A DNA stretch of 64,000 nt from Acidobacteriota bacterium. Its GTDB lineage: Bacteria > Acidobacteriota > Thermoanaerobaculia > Multivoradales > JAHEKO01. Position 1 is the first letter of the stretch. Every line of letters begins with the position of its first letter. The notes below the pieces were generated by a model. The model did no database searches. It was not told the DNA's origin and saw only the letters and a program-made list of their open reading frames with translations. The translations under genes and the position numbers were made by a program. Positions 47,443-57,461 of this stretch are shown piece by piece. Location of the stretch: positions 2,402 to 66,401 of the forward strand of contig JAJCXP010000366.1 in NCBI GenBank assembly GCA_029263375.1. The letters are read 5' to 3'.

Positions 47443-48791
47443 AGAGCGACAGCCCTCTGCCTGTCGACGTACGCGCTGACTACTTCTTCGTGCACAGACC
47501 TTTGCATGTGTCGAGACGGGTAGGGCACCGGTATTTGCGCACGGTAAACGTTGTGATGGTCCTGCTGCTTGGTGCCCACTGAGATCGAGCGGAGCATCCG
47601 AAAGGCGCTTTCCGAGCGCATGAACGCGAACAAGGCTCCCCGCGGCATTATCCTCTCGTCGGCGACGATGCGAAGGATGTCCTCCGAGTAGGCGAGGCCT
47701 ACGGCCGACCCCCAAGCGAACTCAGCGCGGCAGTAGAGCTCAGATTCGCCGAGGGTGCCTCGGGCCGCCACAAGCGTAGTTCCAGCATCGACAAGAATGT
47801 CGTCCGCGACCGACGTTCTCGCAATCCACCGTCCACGAGGGCGAAGCCTAAACAGCTGCTTCTGCCCTATGAGCTCGTATGCGTACTCAGGCTCGGCGTC
47901 AATCCGCCTGTATCGACCTCCGCGCTTGAGAGTTCCTGGGACACAGATCTCGCCGAGCGGCTTCCAGGGCCCACTCCGGATGCGATCGCAAAGGCGCCTG
48001 AACCTCGGGTTGAAGTTGAGCGCGCGCAAGGACTCCACTTTTGGAAAGGTCGCCTGGAACCCGACGTCAGGGCCCTCTGACTGCCACTCGCGTGCAGTGA
48101 TGTCCTGGAGGCCAACCGAGGCGAAGAACTGAGCCGTCGTATCGGAAAGCGCACGCTGAGCTCCTGTCAGGGTAGTGCCGGCTTCGACTACGAGCGCATG
48201 CGCTCTCTCCTCCATGGCTGCGTCGAGCCGTGGGACCGGAATATCTGCGAGTTGCTCTGGCTCTACATGCTTGATGTTTCCACCATAGATCTGCTTCCGG
48301 ATCCATGCGTGCCCGAAACGACTGGCGAGAAAGGCATGGACGTAGCCGGGAGGCACTCTTGCCGAATCTGGGCGAACCCGAATGAGGTCGTGCGTTCCAC
48401 AGAGCCGATCAAAGTCTCCGCGAGCCCAGATTGCGCGGCCTAGGTTCATTCCCGAGCAGGTCACCAGGATCATCCCTGGTTGGAGCATGAGGAGGTCCAA
48501 GACGCTGCCCAACCGGAACGACAAGAAGGCCGATGGCCGGACATCCGCCTGAAGCAAAGCATTGCCAGAAACGTAGGGGCGACCATACTCCGGGCCTGCG
48601 GCGTAGATCCTCTTGAAGATCGGCCCCCTAAAGACTCCGCCGGGCGGGCAAAGGTCTCCAAGCGGGGTCGCCTTTCGGCCCAATTCTCGGAGGCGCGCTA
48701 CCGCTTGCTGGTCCTCGGACAGGTGGAAGCCACCCGTGAGCCGAGTCCCTTCGGACATGATGTCCGACGCCGAGACCGGGCCGACCCTCAT
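47391..48791 (-). CDS. mad5: MADS HsdS-like specificity subunit, copy a
   Basis: VFRGPIFKR..GYVHAFLAS; GGRYRR..GALFAFMRS; C-terminus AVDLVESAIEEAA; ATG at 48791 overlaps the mad4 stop. Confidence 0.85.
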   Translation of the reverse strand: MRVGPVSASDIMSEGTRLTGGFHLSEDQQAVARLRELGRKATPLGDLCPPGGVFRGPIFKRIYAAGPEYGRPYVSGNALLQADVRPSAFLSFRLGSVLDLLMLQPGMILVTCSGMNLGRAIWARGDFDRLCGTHDLIRVRPDSARVPPGYVHAFLASRFGHAWIRKQIYGGNIKHVEPEQLADIPVPRLDAAMEERAHALVVEAGTTLTGAQRALSDTTAQFFASVGLQDITAREWQSEGPDVGFQATFPKVESLRALNFNPRFRRLCDRIRSGPWKPLGEICVPGTLKRGGRYRRIDAEPEYAYELIGQKQLFRLRPRGRWIARTSVADDILVDAGTTLVAARGTLGESELYCRAEFAWGSAVGLAYSEDILRIVADERIMPRGALFAFMRSESAFRMLRSISVGTKQQDHHNVYRAQIPVPYPSRHMQRSVHEEVVSAYVDRQRAVALEDEAVDLVESAIEEAA

Positions 48792-49420
48792 GCGCCAGCC
48801 TCCTGCGGGAACCAACGCCTTATCGAGCCCGCAAGCAGTTCGAAGGATGGATCTGTACAGCCGTGGACCGATATCGAGTCCGCGATTCGTGTGTAGACTA
48901 CTTTCGTCTTAAGCGACCTCTGTCTAACCAGCGCCTGGATCGTCTCCTTAGGCTCAGTCGGTTTGGGGGCGTCGGCTGGCCAAGCGCCCGTTCCTTCTAG
49001 GTGCCGCCGAAGGGAACCACCTGAGAAGTTCAGGGCTCGCTCCACATTTGGGTTGTCCTGCCAGAGCCAGATCTCGAGCTCCGGGTCGATCACGACCACT
49101 TCGCAGCGATCCCCCCACCCAGTCTGGCTCAACCGGGCGACGATTTCGTCGTGCACCTCATGAGCAGGGAGCTCGCCGCCATACTGTTGGTCGAGCACGA
49201 CAAGGGCGCGTCTGTGTGTGTTGAGGTAGGGCCGCAGTAGCTCGTGGGCGCTTTTGTGCACGCCACCGTCGGTGTGCATCGGATCGTGAAAAATATCTTC
49301 TTGGGGCCAAACGTCGAACCGTTGGCACTGCAGCGTCAGGTCCCACCTCTCCCGCCCAAAGAACGAGCGAAGTACTGCCACCATGGTGCTGTCAGCGCCA
49401 AGGATGACAAGCTCCCTCAT
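48788..49420 (-). CDS. mad4: MADS protein 4 (Toprim/RNase M5-like partner of the ATPase)
   Basis: ELVILGAD, ALVVLD, VVVIDPELEIWLW, PKPTEPKE; coupled to mad3. Confidence 0.8.
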   Translation of the reverse strand: MRELVILGADSTMVAVLRSFFGRERWDLTLQCQRFDVWPQEDIFHDPMHTDGGVHKSAHELLRPYLNTHRRALVVLDQQYGGELPAHEVHDEIVARLSQTGWGDRCEVVVIDPELEIWLWQDNPNVERALNFSGGSLRRHLEGTGAWPADAPKPTEPKETIQALVRQRSLKTKVVYTRIADSISVHGCTDPSFELLAGSIRRWFPQEAGA

Positions 49421-50697
49421 CCTAAGATACCTGCCGCGAACAGCGTTCCGAGGTCGAGCGACTCCTTCCAGCCCACTAGGCGGGGATGCTGTGGCCCAGG
49501 CACGACCGTCGCCGCTCCATTGCGGCCGAGCCTGGCCGCCAGTAGCTGGTCAAGCTCGACGTTGGCCACAACGACAGGCGAGTGGGATGAGACGAGGACT
49601 TGACTCTCCTGCATCGAGGAAAGCGCCTCGAGTACCGTCTCGATTGCTTGAGGGTGGATTCCGTTCTCCGGCTCTTCCACCAGAAGGAGTCGAGGGGGCC
49701 GTTGGAGGTAGGTCAGCAGCGTGAGCGCGAGCACGCGCAGGGTACCGTCGGACAGGCCGGACGACGTAACGACGTGCCCGCCGTGGTAGGTCACACGGAA
49801 GTACGCGTGGTGGTCCTCCTCCCGCTCGACGGCCTCGATATCCGTCACCTGAGGTAGCGCTATGGCAACGTGCTCCTTCCAGGCAGCGAACTGATCGGGC
49901 GTCTCTTGCTGCAGCGACATGGCGAGCCACGGCAGGTTTGTCCCATCGGGCCTCACACGATCCGTCAAGCCCGGTGGGCTAGCCTTTCGCAGTTCACTCC
50001 ACACTGGGTCGAAGAGCACTGCATCCTCGGTCAGACTGTCGACAAGCCATCGGGCCGCCGGGAAATCCTCACGTGCCTCGAAACGGACCTTTGGGAGCGC
50101 CAGCAGGTCGGGTTCGAGTGCCGTGTTGCGGGCCTTGGCTCTAGGCTTGGATTCGACGCGGAGCTCGATCTCGCTGCCGTACTCGCGCCGAATGGCGAAG
50201 CGCCACTGGGGCCGTGGGCTAATCTCGCCGTGCAACCGTGCTTGGCCTCGCGGCGGTGAGTGCTGGTCGGAGAATGTAAAGAGGTACTCGTTCTGTACCT
50301 GCAGCGCCCTCTTGTCGAAGACTTGGAGGCGGAGTTCGTACCGGATGTACCTCGGCCAGCGCTGCTCGTTGCTCCGGACAGCATCAGTCGTTCCTTCGAG
50401 GAGGTCCCGTACGACACGCTCTGGGAGCCGTGCCTCGACGGCGAAGATGAACCAGTCTGCCCGTTCCTTGTGTACGAGTTCCACTAGCGAGCCCGCACGT
50501 GAACCACGCGGCTGTGTGCTCCTAAGGAACGCTGTCGAGATGTTGTCCGCCTCGATGAGATCTCCGAGCAAGATCGGAATGTCTAACAGCGTTGTCTTCC
50601 CGGCTCCGTTGGCCCCGATGATTACCCCGAAGTGGCCTAGATCCACGTCGAGCTGGTCGAAGCAGCGATAGCCGGTGGCCTCGATGCGCGTGATCAT
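49417..50697 (-). CDS. mad3: MADS AAA/ABC-type ATPase (OLD/AAA_21-like)
   Basis: GANGAGKT, LSDG, LLLVEEPENGIHP, SSHS. Confidence 0.88.
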   Translation of the reverse strand: MITRIEATGYRCFDQLDVDLGHFGVIIGANGAGKTTLLDIPILLGDLIEADNISTAFLRSTQPRGSRAGSLVELVHKERADWFIFAVEARLPERVVRDLLEGTTDAVRSNEQRWPRYIRYELRLQVFDKRALQVQNEYLFTFSDQHSPPRGQARLHGEISPRPQWRFAIRREYGSEIELRVESKPRAKARNTALEPDLLALPKVRFEAREDFPAARWLVDSLTEDAVLFDPVWSELRKASPPGLTDRVRPDGTNLPWLAMSLQQETPDQFAAWKEHVAIALPQVTDIEAVEREEDHHAYFRVTYHGGHVVTSSGLSDGTLRVLALTLLTYLQRPPRLLLVEEPENGIHPQAIETVLEALSSMQESQVLVSSHSPVVVANVELDQLLAARLGRNGAATVVPGPQHPRLVGWKESLDLGTLFAAGILG

Positions 50698-52733
50698 GTT
50701 CCTGGCTCCCTATTCTCCTCGCGGAACTCGCGGTAGGCCTGGGCGATGCGCGGCAGGTCGTCGTCGACGATCTTCTGCTTCCGACGAAGCTCCCGCTCCA
50801 CGAAGTTCCCATTGACCCGAATCCGCTCGATGACCTTGACCTCCTCGATCCGCTCCTCGCCATCAGGGCTGCGCTTGTACAGCGTGTTGCCGCGCCGATC
50901 GAAGCCGACTCTCTCGGCAACTGCCATGAAGACCGGGTAGTCGCTAGCCGCACCCAGATCCTCGGCCTGGATTTCCTCCTGGGTCTTCTTCTTGAGGAAG
51001 AGCAAGCTCGTCAGAATGTTGACGTTGGCCTCGACGATAAACACTTCGACGGGTAGGTCAACGCTTGCGAGCACCCAGCAGTGCCGCAGGATCCACCAGC
51101 GAATGTACTCATCACCTGGGTTGCCGAGAATGCCGTCAGGCAGCACAATGCCCGTGCGCCCACCCGGCCGCAGCCAGTCGATACAGCGCTCGATAAATAG
51201 AACCTCGGGCGAGACGCTGCCGTGGTGCTTGCCGCTGTTGACGAACCCACCGCCTTCAACAGCCGCCCACCGGTTGGCCAACTCGAAGTGCTGCAGGATG
51301 TTGGGGTCTGTGACCGGGATCTCCGACCCGAAGGGCGGGTTTGTCATCACGACATCCATGGTGCCGAGACCGGCCTGCTCTCCCGCGGCTTCGACGCCCC
51401 CCAAGTGCCCGGAGGGAAATTCCAGCGAGTTCATATTATAGACGTGTCCCTGAGCGTTCGAAGCCATCACCACGTTCATCTGGGCTGCGCGAACCAGGAA
51501 AGGATCGAAGTCGGCTCCAAACAGCTTGGAGTTGGCCCATGCTGCAAGGCGGTCGCGAATTGAGAGGAACTCGTCCGTTGACTCTGCACCAGGCTGGACA
51601 GCCGCTTCCTGATGAAAGCGGCGATCCATGTGGCTGAGCACCGATACGAGGAAGCCACCCGTACCGCAAGCGGGATCGAGGACGCGTTCGCTCTCCTGCG
51701 GATCCAGCATATCGACCATCAGATCGACAGCTCCGCGGGGTGTGAAGTACTGCCCCCTGTCGCCTCGGAGGTTGTTCTTGACAATTTCTTGATACGCCGC
51801 CCCCTTGGCGTCGATGGCCGTGCGGCCGAAGTCGTACTTCGCAAGCTCCGCGACCATGAAGGCAAGGGCTCGGTCCGAGAGGGTGATCTCCTCGTTCCCG
51901 CGAAAGATGGTGTCGTAGTGTCGCTTGACTTCCTCGAAGAGCGGCTCGATCCTCGCTCGGATGGCCTGACGCCCCTCCGGATCGAACTGCTCAGTGGCGC
52001 CCGCCCAGAAGCGAGGCTCATCGTCCCTGCTGCGCTTCTCGTCGTGCATCTTCGTAAAGATCAGGTACAGAAACTGCCAGAACGCCGCGTCCTTTGGCAT
52101 GCCCTCGTTGCCGTGGATGAAGTTGTGGCAGCGCCGGAACGCGGTTCGTAGCATCTCCGGATCGGCCCTTCGCAAGCGAGCGTGCGAGACAACATCGCGT
52201 GTGCCGATGGACTCGTCGGCCATCGGCCAATCCCCAATAGGCTTGAACTTCACATCGAAGCGGCTGACCTCTTTGTCAAAGAAGAAGAAGTCGAGGCCGT
52301 TGGTCCACAGCCCGTAGCGACAGGCGGGCGCGTCGGTCATCGCGGCGTGGAGCAGGCTGAATTCCATCTTGGCCTGGTCGTGGTCTCGCATCTTGTAGGC
52401 GCCCTTCTTGGTGCGAGGTGGTTCCTTCTGGCAAACCACTAGCCGCCGGACGTTCTCGACCTCGTGGGGCTGGTCCGACTCGAAGATCGCCAGGTCGATC
52501 TTTCTCATTCGCCCGTCCACTCGCATGCGGAAGTCGGGTGCCATGTCCTCGAGCGAGATGCCGTACTCGTGGAAGAACGCACGCGCGATGCGCTGGCGCA
52601 CCTTTTCCTTTAGGGTGTCCTTGACGGGTTTGCCGGTGATGTAGTCGACGACCTGTCCCTCCTCGATAGACATGGCGTCGGTGGACTCGCCGTTTTCGCT
52701 GGTGTCGCCAGCGCGGTCCTGTGGGTCAGTCAT
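50694..52733 (-). CDS. mad2: MADS N6-adenine DNA methyltransferase with an HsdR_N-like N-terminus
   Basis: GQYFTPR, LDPACGTGGF, NPPF, IVLPDG; N-terminal EKVRQ..KIDLAIF..WTNG. Confidence 0.9.
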   Translation of the reverse strand: MTDPQDRAGDTSENGESTDAMSIEEGQVVDYITGKPVKDTLKEKVRQRIARAFFHEYGISLEDMAPDFRMRVDGRMRKIDLAIFESDQPHEVENVRRLVVCQKEPPRTKKGAYKMRDHDQAKMEFSLLHAAMTDAPACRYGLWTNGLDFFFFDKEVSRFDVKFKPIGDWPMADESIGTRDVVSHARLRRADPEMLRTAFRRCHNFIHGNEGMPKDAAFWQFLYLIFTKMHDEKRSRDDEPRFWAGATEQFDPEGRQAIRARIEPLFEEVKRHYDTIFRGNEEITLSDRALAFMVAELAKYDFGRTAIDAKGAAYQEIVKNNLRGDRGQYFTPRGAVDLMVDMLDPQESERVLDPACGTGGFLVSVLSHMDRRFHQEAAVQPGAESTDEFLSIRDRLAAWANSKLFGADFDPFLVRAAQMNVVMASNAQGHVYNMNSLEFPSGHLGGVEAAGEQAGLGTMDVVMTNPPFGSEIPVTDPNILQHFELANRWAAVEGGGFVNSGKHHGSVSPEVLFIERCIDWLRPGGRTGIVLPDGILGNPGDEYIRWWILRHCWVLASVDLPVEVFIVEANVNILTSLLFLKKKTQEEIQAEDLGAASDYPVFMAVAERVGFDRRGNTLYKRSPDGEERIEEVKVIERIRVNGNFVERELRRKQKIVDDDLPRIAQAYREFREENREPGT

Positions 52734-52938
52734 CCAGCCCCTCCTTCGGTGTCGCGTCGCTGCTCGACTCGGCGCCGCCTTCGCGAACCCACGCGTCGAC
52801 GTCATCCTTCTTGAACTTCCAGAAGCGCCCAACCTTGTAACCGGGCATTCCCTTCCGGGTAACCCAAACGTACACAGTGTCCTTGCTCACGCCGAGGTAC
52901 TCGGCGATCTGGTCTACGGACATCCACCGGTCGTCCAT
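52726..52938 (-). CDS. mad1: MADS excisionase-like HTH regulator
   Basis: MDDRWMSVDQIAEYLGVSKDTVYVW..MPGYKVGRFWKF..VDAWV. Confidence 0.88.
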   Translation of the reverse strand: MDDRWMSVDQIAEYLGVSKDTVYVWVTRKGMPGYKVGRFWKFKKDDVDAWVREGGAESSSDATPKEGLDD

Positions 52939-52988
52939 CGGTCGTGCGCTCCCGTGCTGAGGCATGCCGTTATGTAGGCTTCCTACCT

Positions 52989-53017
52989 AATTAATCAGAA
53001 GGGCGAGGAAGTGTCAA
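52989..53017 (-). promoter_or_regulatory. Putative promoter of the MADS operon
   Basis: TTGACA-17 nt-TTAATT with TG extension, in an AT-rich intergenic region. Confidence 0.45.
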
Positions 53018-53290
53018 CCGGCTTGAGTATGATTTGGTTTGATTTGAATAGGAATGGAGTGTTTTGGTTTGGTCTAGCCTTGCCTAGTGGACTTGGCAGC
53101 GTTGGTGGCCACTATCGACGAGAGGGTAACGAACGCGCCAGCGAGGTCTGACACTCGCCGGACAGACAAGCGGGAGATGCCTTCCCGAGGCCATCGGCGA
53201 CTTTCGCCAGTAGCATCGAGCTACGTGACGACGAGCCGAGCGGCGCAACCGCCAAGGCGCTAGGATGCGCTCAAACGAAAGGAGATCCTC

Positions 53291-53950
53291 ATGCCACGAG
53301 GCGGCCCAGTCATTTCGAACTGGCACACCCTGGTCGACGGGTTCAACACGTCGAGCCTCGATTTCTACAACGCCGTCGAGGAAGCGGTGAAGGCCCGGGA
53401 AGTGCCTGAAGCCGCTTTCTCCCTCGTCGAGTTCAAGGAGGGCGGTTTCGCTTCCGCCAGGCGCGAGTATCTACGGGTCGAGCGCGGCAACGTCGCCTTC
53501 GACATAGGCGCCGCTCCCTATGGCAATGGCTTCTTCTTCTCCTGGTGGCTCACGCGGCTGGGTCCGAAGCACCCGTTCCTCTATGTGCTTGCGTTCCTCG
53601 TCGCCGTTTTCTTTCTTCCCCCGATTCTCGCGTACCCCTTTCGAGATTCTTGCGGGTACTTCTTCATCGTGCCGGTGATGTTCGTTGGCGTCATTGCCGG
53701 CCTGGCTTTCCTCGCCCGCAAGGAGATCTTCGGCCCCGAGGAGCACATCCTCGCCATCCCGATCCTGGGTTGGATCTACGAGAAGATCTTCAACCCGAAC
53801 ACCTACTACGCGCTCGACACGGCGCTGATGTTCCAGGAGTCCATCCGGCGGGCCGTCAACGACGTGATGGATGGCCTGATGTCGGGTCAAGGCCTCAGAG
53901 CTCTGACTGAAGATCAGAAGAAGCCCACCATTCGTGATCTTTCGCGGTAG
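53291..53950 (+). CDS. Hypothetical membrane protein (two TM helices) upstream of the coupling-type ATPase
   Basis: AAAGGAG RBS; 219 aa; two hydrophobic helices. Confidence 0.75.
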   Translation: MPRGGPVISNWHTLVDGFNTSSLDFYNAVEEAVKAREVPEAAFSLVEFKEGGFASARREYLRVERGNVAFDIGAAPYGNGFFFSWWLTRLGPKHPFLYVLAFLVAVFFLPPILAYPFRDSCGYFFIVPVMFVGVIAGLAFLARKEIFGPEEHILAIPILGWIYEKIFNPNTYYALDTALMFQESIRRAVNDVMDGLMSGQGLRALTEDQKKPTIRDLSR

Positions 53951-53955
53951 GGACC

Positions 53956-56900
53956 GTGCTTGTTGACACCCGCACCGTCGAGCTGACCCGCGGCTTCTAC
54001 GAGTGGGAGCTGCGAGGTCGGGGTTGGGCGCGCTACCCGCGACACGTGGCGCTCGAGCCGGCGTTCCAGCCCTTCCTTGGTCACTCGCCGCCGACTACGC
54101 AGCGAGTCGATGACGCGAGGCGAGAGACCTGGCTCTCGTCGCTTGTGAGCCGGTTGCCAGGTCGACAGCAGACCGTCTCCTCTGAGCTGCATGAGATCAA
54201 GGCGCCTGCTCCAGAGCCGCGACCGCCTGAACTCGCAGAGCTGTCCGAGTTTGTGATCGCCCTCCCGAAGGACGCTCGTGTGCCCAGGGCTGCCGTCCTC
54301 GCATGGCTTCGTGCTCTGTCCACCATCTCGGGGCCTGTCTCCTTCGAGCTACTCGGAGGCACAGAGCGGGTCGAGGTGCGACTCGCTGTTGGCAATCCCG
54401 ATGTCAGTCAGGTCATTGGGCAGCTTCAAGCGGTACTACCCTCGGCCATCGTCCTCGAGGCTCCCGAGCGGCTCGAAGAACGATGGTTCGAGGTCATTGG
54501 CGACCACTTCGCGGCGATCGAGTTTGGCCTCGCGAGCGAGTTCATGATCCCCTTGGCGCGTTTTGGATCCGGGGATGAGCCGCTACTGCCATCGATCGCG
54601 GCGCTCGCCAACGTCGGCGCTGACGAGCTCGGCCTCGTCCAGGTGCTTTTCGAGGAGACTCGCGAGTCCTGGGAGCGCAGCCTCCTGCGGGCCGTGGTCA
54701 CGCCAAGCGGCAAGCCCTTCTTCGCCGATGCACCCGAGATCACCGCGGCGGCGAGGGACAAGGTGGCCACTCCGCTGTTCGCAGTTGCGGTGCGGGTCGC
54801 GGCAGTAGCCCAGACCACAGATAGAACCTGGGAGGTCCTGCAGCAGCTGGCCGGGGGGCTCTCACACTTCGGCAATCCCCAGGCGAACGAGCTGATGCCG
54901 TTGCCGACCGGCGATCTCGAATTGCTGGAGAGCGATCTAATCGACCGAACGACGCATCGCTCCGGAATGCTGCTCTCAACCGAGGAACTCATCTCTCTTG
55001 TCCAGTTCCCCGGAACAGGCGTTCAGGTGCCTGAGCTCTGGCGAGCGAGCGAGAAGAGCAAGGCGGCCCCCGCCGAGGTGATCGGCCAGGGCTGCTTTCT
55101 CGGGAAGAACGAGCACCAAAGTCAGGCTTCCGACGTCCGGCTCCCCGTCGATGCCAAGACGAAGCACGTGCATGTGGTCGGCGGCTCGGGAACAGGCAAA
55201 TCGACGCTTCTTGTGCGCATGATCCTCGAGGACATCGAGGCGGGTCACGGCGTCGGCGTCCTCGATCCGCACGGCGATCTGATCGACGAAGTAGCGTCCC
55301 GAATACCCGAGGACCGCTTCACCGATGTTGTCTTCTTCGATCCGAGCGAAGAGGAGACCGCGATTGGCTGGAACATCCTGGGCGCTCAGTCGGAGACCGA
55401 GAAGGATCTCCTAGCATCGGATCTGGTGGGAGTCTTCCGACGGCTCTCGACCTCCTGGGGCGACCAGATGACGGCGGTGCTCGCGAACGCCATTCTCGTC
55501 TTCTTGGAATCGGACCGGGGCGGGATCTCCTGGACCTCAGGCGCTTCCTCGTTGATGCCGAGTTCCGAAAGGAGATCCTGCAGACCGTCGACGACGAATA
55601 CGTTGGATCGTTCTGGGAAACGGAGTTTCCGCTTCTCATCGGTCGCAAGCCCCAGGCCCCAATCCTGACGCGGCTCGACATGTTCCTCCGCTCCAAGCTG
55701 ATCCGGCGGGTCGTCACCGTACGGAATCCGAAGCTCGACTTCGCAAGAGTGACCGACAGCGGGCACATCTTCCTCGGCAAGCTGGCGACGGGCGCCATCG
55801 GCGAGGAGAATGCGGCGTTGCTGGGGTCCCTTCTCGTCTCGAAGTTTCACCAGGTCACACTTGCGCGCGAAGCGCAGACCGTCGAGCAGCGGCGGCCGTT
55901 CTTCCTCTACATCGACGAGTTCCATCACGTGGCGACGCCCTCGATGGCATCGCTGTTCTCAGGCATGCGGAAGTACCGACTCGGTCTGACGGTGGCACAC
56001 CAGGACCTCTACCAGCTTCACAAGTCGGTCCCGGAGGTCGAGCGTTCGCTGTTGGCGAACGCGTACACGCGGATCTGTTTCCGCGTCGGAGAGGAGGACG
56101 CACGAGGTCTGGCGAAGGGCTTCAGCTTCTTCGAGGCCGAGGACTTGATGGGTCTTGGGCTCGGAGAAGCTATCTGCCGGGTCGGCGGGCGCGACGCCGA
56201 CTTCAATCTCCGGACGGAGAAGCTGCCGCCGGTTGATCGTGAAGAGGCGCAGGCCCGGGTAGCGATTCTCCGAAGCCTCTCAGGACAGAGGTGGCGAGGA
56301 AGCGACGATGGAGACTCTGAACCTCCGCCGCGCACGAAGAAAGCGCCGAGGAAGACGGCCGAGACTGCTAGTCGCGAGCCCAAGGAGGAGGCCACTTCCC
56401 TGCCGCCTGACAAGCAAGAGTCGGTCGACAAGCCTCAGGTGGAACCGGCTCCGCGGCCGCAATTGGACAAGGAGGTGCTCGACTACCTCGAGCTTGTCGC
56501 AACGGCGCCTTTCCTTTCCGTCCGCGAACGCAACGACCACCTCAGCCTGAGCGCGTGGAAGGGTGACCAGGTCAAGAAGACTCTTCTCGACGGGGATCTG
56601 GTGCGCGAGGTGGCGGTCAATCCAGGCGGCCGAGGAGCGCGGTTCAAGCTTCTCGAGTTCACAGCGGCTGGGCGAGGAGCCCTTGCGGACTATGGGATCA
56701 AATCTCCTTCCGGGCACGGGCGGGGTGGAATCGCCCATCAGTGGTGGGTGAACACCATCGCCGCATGGCTCCAGGAGCAAGGCTTCTCCCCCGTGATCGA
56801 GGATGAGTCCTCGGGCGCCAGAGTAGACCTTTCCTTCTCGGTCAAGCGCAAGAGGGTAGCCGTCGAGGTCGAGATGGCCGAAGGCCACGCCCTTGAGAAC

Positions 56901-57395
56901 GTCCGGAAGGACCTGGAAGCGGGCTACGACCTTGTCGTCAGTCTTCTGGATGACTCCACTTCCTTAGGGCGCATCGAGAAGGCTCTTGCCTCTGAGTCGG
57001 GAGACCTACCTTTGAGCGTCCGGGTGGGGAGGGTTCAGGATTACACGGAGCTCCTCGCCCCGCCCCTCATCCCCCACCCTCCTCCCTTACGAGCGCCGAA
57101 CCAAAACAAAGAACCAAGAGCGCAACGCCAGCGACGGCCGCGGACGGCACACGGCGAATCGGCCGGCAAGCGGCAGGCGGATGTCCCCCCAGAGCCAGGC
57201 GCCCTGTCGACGCCCTGGGCCGCGGAGTACCTGGGGCTGAGCCCGGCGACCTTGGAGGCGCTGCGTTCGCGTGGCGGCGGCCCCGCTTTTGCCAAGCTCG
57301 GCAGGCGCGTCGTCTATCGCCGGGAAGACCTCGACGCATGGCTCGCTGAGCGCCGCCGCAAGTCAACGAGTGACGATGGGTCGCCTTCGACTTGA
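53956..57395 (+). pseudogene. Large VirD4/TraD-like ATPase with C-terminal wHTH, nuclease-like and excisionase-like HTH domains; 1-bp deletion near 55525
   Basis: Walker A GGSGTGKS in ORF 53956-55668; Walker B LYIDEFHH in ORF 55680-57395; adding one base near 55525 gives continuous DRGGxLLDLRRFL..FWETEF..PILTRLDMFL. Confidence 0.82.
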
Positions 57396-57414
57396 TTGCT
57401 ATGTGATTGCTAGC
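57392..57414. repeat. Putative integrase arm-type sites
   Basis: TTGATTGCTATGTGATTGCTAGC, matching 4488-4510. Confidence 0.7.
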
Positions 57415-57461
57415 AAGAAAACGGCTCGCCAATCGGCGAGCCCTAAGTTATTGATTCTTCA

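Noticed and set aside
45707..48791. Invertible hsdS shufflon
   Set aside because: Both mad5 genes are co-oriented and full length, the repeats are direct, and no invertase is adjacent.
34208..52938. Novel system, BREX/Pgl, Dnd or plain type I RM
   Set aside because: Gene order fits MADS; no PglZ, no DndA-E and no HsdR helicase were seen.
55515..55535. Programmed frameshift in the large ATPase
   Set aside because: No slippery sequence; a 1-bp deletion explains it, and a similar indel in IS3 orfB suggests mutation or sequencing error.
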